From NCBI GenBank assembly GCA_905478415.1, contig CAJQIG010000005.1, positions 1,598-65,597 of the forward strand: a DNA stretch of 64,000 bases, written 5' to 3'. Both the position numbers and the translations under genes were made by a program. Of the stretch, positions 47,560-55,430 are shown one piece after another (position 1 is the stretch's first letter; every line of letters starts with the position of its first letter). The notes under the pieces were generated by a model. That model made no database searches. It saw only the letters and a list, made by a program, of their open reading frames with translations, and was not told the DNA's origin. This DNA comes from an uncultured Patescibacteria group bacterium. Lineage in GTDB: Bacteria; Patescibacteriota; Microgenomatia; UBA1400; PJMF01.

Positions 47560-47710
47560 AACAGAATTTACCTAGATGTGTATCTAAGTACTTTCTGTTG
47601 TTTCTTTTCCAAGGCGGGACGCTATGGGTAATGGACCCCGATATTGCGTTATCCCCATAAAGGGAGGCGATGCCAAACAACTTAATGCTAATCTGGACTA
47701 GCTCATGAGG

Positions 47711-47883
47711 CTAGCCATTGAGGGTGGGGAAAGAATCGAACTTTCCTCTCAACCATTCCACTCACAGGGAAGCATTCTGCCGCTGAACTAAAGGTGATAA
47801 TACTTTGCTCACCTTCTGGGTATCGAACCCAGGTCTCTTCCGTGGTGGGTCAACTGGGACTCGAACCCAGGACACCCTGCTTA
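47711..47883. repeat. attR: the right copy of the 173-bp direct repeat. It overlaps the 3' portion of the intact tRNA-Lys.
   Basis: See attL. Confidence 0.8.
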
Positions 47884-47919
47884 AGAGGCAGGTGCTCTAA
47901 CCGACTGAGCTATTGACCC
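47843..47919 (-). tRNA. tRNA-Lys (anticodon CTT), CCA encoded. It is the integration target of the island.
   Basis: The reverse complement reads GGGTCAATAGCTCAGTCGGTTAGAGCACCTGCCTCTTAAGCAGGGTGTCCTGGGTTCGAGTCCCAGTTGACCCACCA. The anticodon loop is CTCTTAA. Confidence 0.88.
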
Positions 47920-48016
47920 GACTATTTTTGACAGCTATTTCCACTGTCAATCAGATCGGTAGTATATCAAAAAAAATACTTTTTGACCACTAGTCTGTCT
48001 CAAGAGATACAAAAGT

Positions 48017-48763
48017 CTAGTAACATCCAAAGGTGCTTTTTTCTCCATTACAGCAAAACGGTTTGGGATCCATTTTACGATACTTTTCCCAGTACTCTTC
48101 TTGCCAATAAGTACTATGCACGGTGTATCGACCTAGCTCTGGTGAGTAACAACCGCAAGGAATGTTTTCGAGAATATTTCCATCTGGGCAAATGGGAGCA
48201 ACTTGTTCCCAACAGTTTTGTTGTACTTCTTGGAGTTGGGCGGTTCGAGAGGCTTCATCTTCGCCAATAAGGGAAAGGCGTTCTACTTGTGAGGAGGTAA
48301 CTTCTTCTACTTGGATGTAATCGCAAACTTGGACTTTGCATTTTTCTGGTTGTGTCGTTAGATTGCAGATGGCAAATCCATTATCAAACGAGACTTTTGC
48401 TAAGTGTTTTTGGCTTGTCGAAGTAATAGCTGCAAAGGTGTAACACCGATCTGGGGCATTTGTGGCGAGACACTTCACCACGTTTGAGGTCATTTTAATT
48501 CCTTGTTGGGCTAAGGTGAGTTGTATCAGAGCAACAGGAGAAAAAAGTAGAAAGAAAAAGATTAAAACAAATGTTGTGATTGGATGATACTTATAGCGTT
48601 CACTTCTTCTTCTGAGGAAAGGAAGTGCAATGACGGTTAAAAGTGCGGTTAGTGCGCTAAAAAGGATAAAGATGATCAAAACAAGCCCATGGGTTTCCCA
48701 TAGCAGTCTTGGTAAAGAAGTGCAGACCCACGGTTGCATGGTACAAATTGAGTACTCGAACAT
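48017..48763 (-). CDS. Cys-rich membrane/secreted hypothetical protein
   Basis: Three N-terminal TM helices. The C-terminal domain has 14+ Cys (…CPDGNILENIPCGCY…FCCNGEKSTFGCY). Confidence 0.4.
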   Translation of the reverse strand: MFEYSICTMQPWVCTSLPRLLWETHGLVLIIFILFSALTALLTVIALPFLRRRSERYKYHPITTFVLIFFFLLFSPVALIQLTLAQQGIKMTSNVVKCLATNAPDRCYTFAAITSTSQKHLAKVSFDNGFAICNLTTQPEKCKVQVCDYIQVEEVTSSQVERLSLIGEDEASRTAQLQEVQQNCWEQVAPICPDGNILENIPCGCYSPELGRYTVHSTYWQEEYWEKYRKMDPKPFCCNGEKSTFGCY

Positions 48764-48878
48764 GTATTCAGTATAGATGATTTTCAGGTACTAAAAAAGC
48801 GGGCCTGAATAAACTATCCCTTTACAATACTACTCAAAACAATATATAGTATAAATACTTAACATAAAGCACAACATT

Positions 48879-49202
48879 TTGTGTATTTTGGATAAAATGA
48901 TTACTTTCGTACATAAGTCAACACCACGCCGAAGAATTCAAGATTTTTTTTCATCTGTTTCAAAGCGTCACTCGCAAGCTAATACCTACTACTTGCAGGC
49001 TCGGGTCGATTACTTGAAAGCACAGATCTTTCGTTTGATTGCTTTGGCACAGCAAGATCCTAAAGCCAAAGGTGGTAAGGAAACACATGAGGATCAGATT
49101 ACTAGGCTTCGGGCAAAGCTCAGCCAGTGTCGTGAACACTTAGAAAGTGCGCGCCGCCAAAAAAATGTTCGGAAGCGCAACTCTATTATTTTAGAAATGT
49201 AG
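48879..49202 (+). CDS. Small basic hypothetical protein
   Basis: A 107-aa ORF. The C-terminal part looks like a basic coiled coil. Confidence 0.3.
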   Translation: MCILDKMITFVHKSTPRRRIQDFFSSVSKRHSQANTYYLQARVDYLKAQIFRLIALAQQDPKAKGGKETHEDQITRLRAKLSQCREHLESARRQKNVRKRNSIILEM

Positions 49203-49230
49203 GTTTTTCTCAGGTTATCATAGTGCCAGT

Positions 49231-50406
49231 ATGGTAGTATGGCTTGGTATGCAGCATATACATCGACTATTTTCGCTGTTACGTACATATAAATGGTACG
49301 TATTTTTTTTCTTGCTTGGGATGGTACTGATTGCCTTTTTTACTTTTTCAGTGGTAAAGTTTGGTTCTGTTTTTGTGGCTAGTAAACAAAACAAAGAAGT
49401 TGTGCAACCTGTGTCTCTGGTGACTCCAACGCCCTCTCCTCCACCCGACCCTCTTCGTCCATATACAATTTTACTGTTAGGATATGGTGGCTTTGGTCAT
49501 GATGGAGGGAGTCTGACAGACACCATGCTTTTAGCATACATCGTTCCTCGAGAACAACGAGCCACTTTATTTTCAATTCCTCGTGATCTTTGGGTTGAGT
49601 TACCAATTAAGACTGAAGAAAAAAAATGGGGAAAGATTAACTCAGCCTTTGCTATTGGTAATGATGATCGTAAATATACTCATAAACCTGAATTATTTAC
49701 TGGTGTAGGCGGCGGTGGCCGAATGGCGAAAGCTGTTGTGTCTGAAATTTTAGGGATTGAAGTTGATTACTTTGCAGCTATCGATTTTTCTGGCTTCACT
49801 CGCGCACTTGATTCTTTGGGGTCACTTTCAATTTCTGTGCCAATTACGTTTGATGACAAATTTTATCCAGTAGCAGGTAAAGAAGATGAAACTTGTGATA
49901 AGTCAGAAGAAGATATTGCAGCTTTGACAGCTACTATGAGTGGGTACAAACTGGAGCAAGAGTTTACTTGCCGGTATGAAGAACTACACTTTGATGCAGG
50001 TGTTCAGCCAATGGATGCTGAGACGGCACTCAAGTTTGTACGTTCTCGTCACTCAGAACAATATGGAGGTGATTTTGGTCGTTCACAGCGGCAGCAGGCA
50101 TTACTAGTTGCACTCAAGAACAAATTGTTTTCGCCAGCTGGTTTTGTAAAACTTGTTCCCACCGTTTTACAGCTGACTAACTATGTACAAACTGATATTA
50201 CGAGCGAAAAAATCAGAGATATTTTGACCACACATGAAGGTTTGAGAGACTATACCTTTAGCACAGTTCGTCTCACCGATAGCAAAGAGGACAATGTTTT
50301 ACAGCAGGGATATAGTAGCGATCGCCAGTACATTTTGATGCCAACTTCTGGTGAGGGAGACTGGACGAGTGTGCGTGAGTTTTTTGGACGAGAAGTTATC
50401 GAGTAA
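49231..50406 (+). CDS. LytR-CpsA-Psr (LCP) family cell-envelope phosphotransferase
   Basis: N-terminal TM. YTILLLGYGGFGHDGGSLTDTMLLAYIVPREQRATLFSIPRDLWVEL is the LCP core (nillLG.D.......sDtiml......k....lSIPRDt.v). Confidence 0.75.
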   Translation: MVVWLGMQHIHRLFSLLRTYKWYVFFFLLGMVLIAFFTFSVVKFGSVFVASKQNKEVVQPVSLVTPTPSPPPDPLRPYTILLLGYGGFGHDGGSLTDTMLLAYIVPREQRATLFSIPRDLWVELPIKTEEKKWGKINSAFAIGNDDRKYTHKPELFTGVGGGGRMAKAVVSEILGIEVDYFAAIDFSGFTRALDSLGSLSISVPITFDDKFYPVAGKEDETCDKSEEDIAALTATMSGYKLEQEFTCRYEELHFDAGVQPMDAETALKFVRSRHSEQYGGDFGRSQRQQALLVALKNKLFSPAGFVKLVPTVLQLTNYVQTDITSEKIRDILTTHEGLRDYTFSTVRLTDSKEDNVLQQGYSSDRQYILMPTSGEGDWTSVREFFGREVIE

Positions 50407-50414
50407 CCACTTGG

Positions 50415-50690
50415 TTAGTTTTTTTGGCCCATTTCTGCAAGCCAGGCATCACTGAGGACTACTCCACCTTCGACTCTGGTAAGAAAATTCAGTTCGACTA
50501 GCTTGTCGATACTTCCAGATTGAGAAGTCATTGCCTCAGGAACGGGAGTGTTTGGGTGTGCTAAACAGTACTCCATAATTCCTTGTAAGACCCTACCGTC
50601 AGTCTCCATATTTAGGTTAGTAAATTCGTCGGAAAGAGTGCCGTTGGTTGCGTCAAAATCCATTCCTGTACCTGGCTGTGGTTCTAGCAT
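50415..50690 (-). CDS. Small hypothetical protein
   Basis: A 91-aa ORF. Confidence 0.3.
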   Translation of the reverse strand: MLEPQPGTGMDFDATNGTLSDEFTNLNMETDGRVLQGIMEYCLAHPNTPVPEAMTSQSGSIDKLVELNFLTRVEGGVVLSDAWLAEMGQKN

Positions 50691-50799
50691 AGTTCCTTTA
50701 TTACTTATGTATACTCAAAGTATACCAGATGTTTTTAAAACTAAATTGAAATATAAACTCAGTACTTATAGTTTTGGAGTCCCATATCCAAGAATTTTT

Positions 50800-51336
50800 T
50801 TAATATGGTAAATCCCCCACATTAGGTCTCACTACTAATATTTGAGGGGGAACATTATTTTGAGTGCCTCTTATGGCAACAGAGCTTTTGTCATATCTAT
50901 TATTATGTTTAATGATTGATAGCTCAGGAACAAGATCAGATTTTTCATTTTTACTAAATAATTTTTCGCATTCTTCTTTTGTTCGTTTAATAGAACTATC
51001 TCCAGATTCAGAACCTGGAATGACCAGATAAGATAATTGGGCACCTTCTATTTGAGTTTTAAACTCAGTTATTAGTTGTTCTACATAACTTCGACCACTT
51101 TTATGAACTAAAGAAATGAAACTTTTTCCTTCCTTTGTTATTCCCCATAGTGCAATAACAATGCAATCAACTACTTGTGTAGCTTTTATTGTTCTTTTTA
51201 TCTCTTTTGTTTCATTATCAAACGTGACTAGAGATGATTTATCGGTTAGTAGGTTTTCGCTGCCTGCTCTAAAAAAACTATGATATAACTCAGCATTTAC
51301 TTGCGCATTATTTCCAGCGGTATCAAAAGATGACAT
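50800..51336 (-). CDS. Hypothetical protein
   Basis: A 178-aa ORF with no motif recognised. Confidence 0.35.
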   Translation of the reverse strand: MSSFDTAGNNAQVNAELYHSFFRAGSENLLTDKSSLVTFDNETKEIKRTIKATQVVDCIVIALWGITKEGKSFISLVHKSGRSYVEQLITEFKTQIEGAQLSYLVIPGSESGDSSIKRTKEECEKLFSKNEKSDLVPELSIIKHNNRYDKSSVAIRGTQNNVPPQILVVRPNVGDLPY

Positions 51337-51427
51337 ATCTTCGATATTACCATACTAATTTATATTAGACAAAGCAAGGGTTTTCAACCATTCAAATGAT
51401 GGCACTGTTGTACTATGTGGGAGTTAG

Positions 51428-52261
51428 TTATTTAGAGAATAAATATTTGTTGGCAACTAAAATTGATTCTGCTAAATATTTTTTATAAGTGTCTTTGTCT
51501 TTTTGATAAATATAGAACCAAAAACCAACAAATAGCTTTGTCATAGAAATCCACCAAAAAAATCTATATTCTCTTTCCTTAGTAAATTCTAAGCCACATT
51601 GGCTGACAAATGTGTTCCATTTTTCTTTCGGAACATAGTCCCATGCAAACTGCCCAATATCTCTCAATGGATCTGACATTCGCACATCATCCCAATCTAC
51701 AATATATATTTTCTCTTCCTTTAATATAAAGTTAGAAATATTTGGGTCAGCATGTATTGGTGTAGTTTCATCAGAAATAGCTTTAGGTTTTCCTTCAATT
51801 AACCTATCCAAGTGTTTTGTGACGGACTCATCTTTAGAAGAAGTATCTATTTCTTTTTTCCATTTTTCTACTTCTCTAAGAAATCTATTTGAAGTTTCCT
51901 TGTATTCTGAAGGAGTTTCAAGTTCTAAAATTGCTTTTAATTTTTCATCAGAATGGTATTTACAAATTAATTTTGCAATTTCTTGATAGTTTCTATTTAG
52001 CCATGCAGTGCTTGGTTGTTCTCCCGAGATATACTCTTGAACAATGATCTTGCTATCTGCATATAAGATTTGAGGTGTAATGTTTGTATCTGCCAATCTT
52101 AATAATGAGGTATTTACCGATTCAACTTTAATAAATACTTTATCTTTTTCAAGAACGCCAATATAGCTAGTTTTTGATTTACCAGCTGGACTCTCCTCTA
52201 GCTTCCAGTTGCCTTTTTTAATCTTACTATTAAGAACCTGTCTTATTTCTTCAATATTCAT
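51428..52261 (-). CDS. Aminoglycoside-phosphotransferase/choline-kinase-like (APH family) small-molecule kinase
   Basis: Catalytic loop PIHADPNISNFIL (HxDxxxxN). DFG-equivalent IVDWDDVRMSDPLRDIGQF (D-W-[DE] ... DP..D). Confidence 0.65.
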   Translation of the reverse strand: MNIEEIRQVLNSKIKKGNWKLEESPAGKSKTSYIGVLEKDKVFIKVESVNTSLLRLADTNITPQILYADSKIIVQEYISGEQPSTAWLNRNYQEIAKLICKYHSDEKLKAILELETPSEYKETSNRFLREVEKWKKEIDTSSKDESVTKHLDRLIEGKPKAISDETTPIHADPNISNFILKEEKIYIVDWDDVRMSDPLRDIGQFAWDYVPKEKWNTFVSQCGLEFTKEREYRFFWWISMTKLFVGFWFYIYQKDKDTYKKYLAESILVANKYLFSK

Positions 52262-52353
52262 ATATAAAAAATTATAACAGGTTTGAACTTTACCCTAAGG
52301 ATAAGTTTATGTGTCCTAATGGAGTGTGAGATCACCTAAAAAGAAAGAGATTG

Positions 52354-52424
52354 ATGCCCGACATGGATTTGAACCATGATTGACGGCTTCAAAGGCCGCT
52401 GTCCTGCCATTAGACGATCGGGCA
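52354..52424 (-). tRNA. tRNA-Gln (anticodon TTG)
   Basis: The reverse complement reads TGCCCGATCGTCTAATGGCAGGACAGCGGCCTTTGAAGCCGTCAATCATGGTTCAAATCCATGTCGGGCA. The anticodon loop is CTTTGAA. Acceptor TGCCCGA/TCGGGCA. Confidence 0.8.
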
Positions 52425-52546
52425 ACGTGTAGCCAAGGCTACAGGGAAGTATTGTAACAAATTTTTTGAGTTTGCTCAATCTGTGTATTTATAGTTTCCA
52501 GGCTTCATCTATTCAAGTAAGGTGAATTGAGAGTATACTCAAATTC

Positions 52547-53080
52547 ATGAAGCATATTTTTAAAGACACAAACTTAATTAAACCAGCGGTGTTTGGTGCT
52601 ACTGATGGCATTATTACCACGTTTGCAGTCGTAGCCAGTGTGGCGGGAGCGAATCTTTCTCCAAGTATTGTGCTGATTATGGGCATTGCTAATATGTTGG
52701 GTGATGGGGTTAGTATGGGACTTGGTGATTACTTAGGTGAGCGATCAGAGCGTTTAGTTGTTTCTAAAGGAGAATGTGAAGACGCATGTAAAGGTGTTTG
52801 GAAAACAGGCGTAGTTACGTTTACTGCTTTTGTGATTGCGGGTGTATTTCCTCTTCTCCCCTATTTTCTTGAAGCTTTTGGAGTTCCTATTGCTCATGAA
52901 TCTCAGTTTATGTACTCGATTATTTCTACAATGATAACCTTGTTTGTAGTGGGGTCACTAAGAACCATCATTGTTCCAATTGCTTGGTGGAAAAATGGTT
53001 TAGAGATGCTACTGGTTGGATCAGCCGCCGCAAGTGTAGCGTACCTTTTTGGGTATTTAGTTGATGCTTGGGTACTCTAA
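52547..53080 (+). CDS. VIT1/CCC1-family (vacuolar iron transporter-like) membrane protein
   Basis: PAVFGATDGIITTFAVVASVAGANLS...GIANMLGDGVSMGLGDYLG matches VIT-family TM1-2 motifs. Confidence 0.65.
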   Translation: MKHIFKDTNLIKPAVFGATDGIITTFAVVASVAGANLSPSIVLIMGIANMLGDGVSMGLGDYLGERSERLVVSKGECEDACKGVWKTGVVTFTAFVIAGVFPLLPYFLEAFGVPIAHESQFMYSIISTMITLFVVGSLRTIIVPIAWWKNGLEMLLVGSAAASVAYLFGYLVDAWVL

Positions 53081-54624
53081 GCAGATTTCGAATCTAGTTC
53101 TCTATTGATCGTTCCAATTGTTTGGGGTCCATTGTAAATCATGCCCGTAATGAGTTGGAGTAAGTCGGCTCCAGCATCCAGTTTGGTCTGTGCAGTCTTT
53201 GTATCAAAAATTCCTCCACAACCGACGATAGTAAAGCGATTTTTAAAATTCTTTTTGGTGAGTTTAATTAAGTTATTTGATCTTTCGAAGGTGGGTTGTC
53301 CGCTAAGATTGCCTTTTCTTTGTTTCCAAATTTTCCGATCTGCATCTGTTACTGCTGGATTATTTTTATCTTTGGTTAAGTTGCCAAAAATAACTCCTTG
53401 GACAGTATGTGCGGCACTTACTCGTAAGAGAGCTAAGGTTTCTTTTTCGGATTGGTCTATTGGCATTTTTATATAGAGCGGTTTTGAAAGTTCCAGTGTG
53501 TCGATAACGCTCAGCAATTGCTCGAGTCGATTTGGAGTGGTAAATGGTTCGCCACCAAATGTATTTGGGCAGCTAATATTGAGTTCGTAGTAACTGTGAT
53601 GTACTTGTGATTTTTCAAAGAGTACAAAGCTTTTGATAACATCCATAACTTGCTCGTGATCAGAATCGAAGTGAGTATTGGTCGAAGCGATACTGATACC
53701 CACAGGGACAGAAAAATGAATGCCACTAAGTTTGGCAATAATTGTTTTTGCACCAAGTGATTTTAGTCCTTTGTTGACAATCAGTGCTTTTGAGTCTGGT
53801 AGTCTTCCAAGTCTGGGTTTAGGGTTCCCTTGGTATGGCTGGGCCGTCACTGTTCCAATTGTATGAAAGCCAAAGCCAACTGGTCCAAGGATGCGGGCCA
53901 TTTCTCCATTGTAATCAAAGCCAGCACAGAGGCCAATTTTATTTGGGAATGAAATTCCATTAAAGGTAACAGCAGTTGTTGGTGAGTTGTACGAAAATAT
54001 CCAGTTGGTGAGTGATCGGGTAAGACTATTTTGTCCCAAGATATACCCAGCTTTTGTAAAGGCAGTATGTATGGTCTCTGGATCAAATAAGAAAAGAACT
54101 GGTTTTAAAAGTTGGGTGTACAAGAAGTTAAAAATAGTGTGAGAAATAGTTTTTAAAAGAAGGTGTGGTTTTTTTTGAGTCATCGAGAAATATTTCCAAG
54201 AAACAAAGAATAGTGTCATGCTCGTCGCCGCTGAGATGAGGCAGTAGAGACACCAGCCTTTAATAACAAACGCCATGATAAACACTAAATACAAACTAAA
54301 AAGTCCCCCCAAGGTCGCCAATGTTGTAAAAAGTTGTGGCAAGGTTGCAAATGATTGTAGCTTTTTTGGTACAAAACCTTTGATATCTAATTCGAGGATA
54401 GTAGCAACTCCGAGAATAAAAAGAGTTAAGTAGAAAAGTAGTCCCAGTGCGTAGAGTGGTACTGGACCAATGTGGGCATACGGGCTTGAGAGGACTTCGC
54501 CACAACTAAAACCACTACCGCAAGGTGGGACTATGCCCTGCAATTCTTCATAGGCAAGGTAGCTTGCGTCAGCAATTCCAATAAGTGGTAGTGCGACGTG
54601 CAAAAGTAGGAGAAAAGTTTTCAT
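53077..54624 (-). CDS. pyrD: Fusion protein: an N-terminal VKOR (vitamin-K-epoxide-reductase-like, CxxC) membrane domain plus a C-terminal class-2 (quinone-dependent) dihydroorotate dehydrogenase
   Basis: N-terminus: ...SYLAYEELQGIVPPCGSGFSCGEVLSSPYAHIGPVPLYALGLLFY...GWCLYCLISA (VKOR loop Cys pair plus CXXC in a TM helix). C-terminus: ...FPNKIGLCAGFDYNGEMARILGPVGFGFHTIGTVTAQPYQGNPKPRLGRLPDSKALIVNKGLKSLG..., ...ELNISCPNTFGG... and ...IVGCGGIFDTKTAQTKLDAGADLLQLITGMIYNGPQ. These parallel E. coli PyrD ([53 protein letters not shown]...GASLVQIYSGFIFKGP). Confidence 0.7.
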   Translation of the reverse strand: MKTFLLLLHVALPLIGIADASYLAYEELQGIVPPCGSGFSCGEVLSSPYAHIGPVPLYALGLLFYLTLFILGVATILELDIKGFVPKKLQSFATLPQLFTTLATLGGLFSLYLVFIMAFVIKGWCLYCLISAATSMTLFFVSWKYFSMTQKKPHLLLKTISHTIFNFLYTQLLKPVLFLFDPETIHTAFTKAGYILGQNSLTRSLTNWIFSYNSPTTAVTFNGISFPNKIGLCAGFDYNGEMARILGPVGFGFHTIGTVTAQPYQGNPKPRLGRLPDSKALIVNKGLKSLGAKTIIAKLSGIHFSVPVGISIASTNTHFDSDHEQVMDVIKSFVLFEKSQVHHSYYELNISCPNTFGGEPFTTPNRLEQLLSVIDTLELSKPLYIKMPIDQSEKETLALLRVSAAHTVQGVIFGNLTKDKNNPAVTDADRKIWKQRKGNLSGQPTFERSNNLIKLTKKNFKNRFTIVGCGGIFDTKTAQTKLDAGADLLQLITGMIYNGPQTIGTINRELDSKSA

Positions 54625-54628
54625 GTGG

Positions 54629-55393
54629 TTATTCTACACGCTCTTTCGGGGCTTTCAAGGTTGTTACATAGTAGGTATTTACTTCATTCTCTCGGCCGTC
54701 GGCACGATAAGTTGTTACAAGTTGTAGAGGAGTTCCTTTTAGCAAGTCTGCGACTTCTTCAGTTGTGTAGGCATGACAGTAGCGGATGGCTTGCTCTCCT
54801 CTTCTCCAGTCCAAAAAGTAATCGTTATTTTCAAGTTGGTTTGTGTCAATTTTGAGCTTTGTTGGAGCAATGAGCCGATCAGTGAATCGTTCAAACTCAA
54901 TAAAATTCCAGGTAGTAAATACGAGTTGACCTCCAGGGTTGAGCCGTGAAGCAAGTTTCTTTAGAAATATTTTTCGAAGTTGTGTACTTGGAATATGATG
55001 CATAACTCCAAAAACAGTGATCAGGTCAAAGGTTTGTGAATCAAAAGAAAGTAGTTTATTCGTTAACAAAGTTTCTAGGATATTTTCTTGGTTGAGTGTT
55101 ACTTTCTCTTTTTGAGGAGAGAGTGTTTTGATGGCAGCCTCAAGAAGAGTGGGATTTGAGTCAATTCCAGTATAGTGAGTCAGGTAATCAAAGTTTTCGA
55201 AGGCAAAAGCTCCAAATCGTCCATTTCCGCAGCCAAGGTCAAGGATCGTCTTGGTTGTTGAAGGTTCAATGTGTGTAAGCAGTGTTTCCCATCCGGGCCA
55301 GATATGGTTGCGAGTAGTATCAAATTCCTTGGCAGTTGTAGTGTAAAAGTCCGCATTAAGTTGGTTGAGTGCAGAAATTGTGTGAATATCCAT
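54629..55393 (-). CDS. Class I SAM-dependent methyltransferase, Trm9-like (candidate tRNA wobble-uridine methyltransferase)
   Basis: SAM motif I ILDLGCGNGRF. ...DLITVFGVMHHIPSTQLRKIFLKKLASRLNPGGQLVFTTWNF resembles Trm9/ALKBH8-type MTases (aViHHlst..rR...i.el.R.l..GG..li..Wa). It is divergent from the Elp3 homolog. Confidence 0.6.
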   Translation of the reverse strand: MDIHTISALNQLNADFYTTTAKEFDTTRNHIWPGWETLLTHIEPSTTKTILDLGCGNGRFGAFAFENFDYLTHYTGIDSNPTLLEAAIKTLSPQKEKVTLNQENILETLLTNKLLSFDSQTFDLITVFGVMHHIPSTQLRKIFLKKLASRLNPGGQLVFTTWNFIEFERFTDRLIAPTKLKIDTNQLENNDYFLDWRRGEQAIRYCHAYTTEEVADLLKGTPLQLVTTYRADGRENEVNTYYVTTLKAPKERVE

Positions 55394-55430
55394 AGGTACT
55401 GCTATAATACCAGAGAAAATAGATTTATTT

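Larger units (their letters stand above)
38209..47883. mobile_element. Integrated genomic island (~9.7 kb) in tRNA-Lys(CTT). It is bounded by 173-bp imperfect direct repeats (attL 38209..38381, attR 47711..47883). A tyrosine integrase sits at the tRNA-proximal end. The cargo carries defence-associated domains.
   Basis: The direct repeat (2 mismatches in 173 bp) is read directly from the sequence. Its inner boundary falls in the tRNA-Lys anticodon loop. The integrase (46480..47559) is adjacent to the intact tRNA. The cargo is more AT-rich than the flanking core. Confidence 0.8.
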
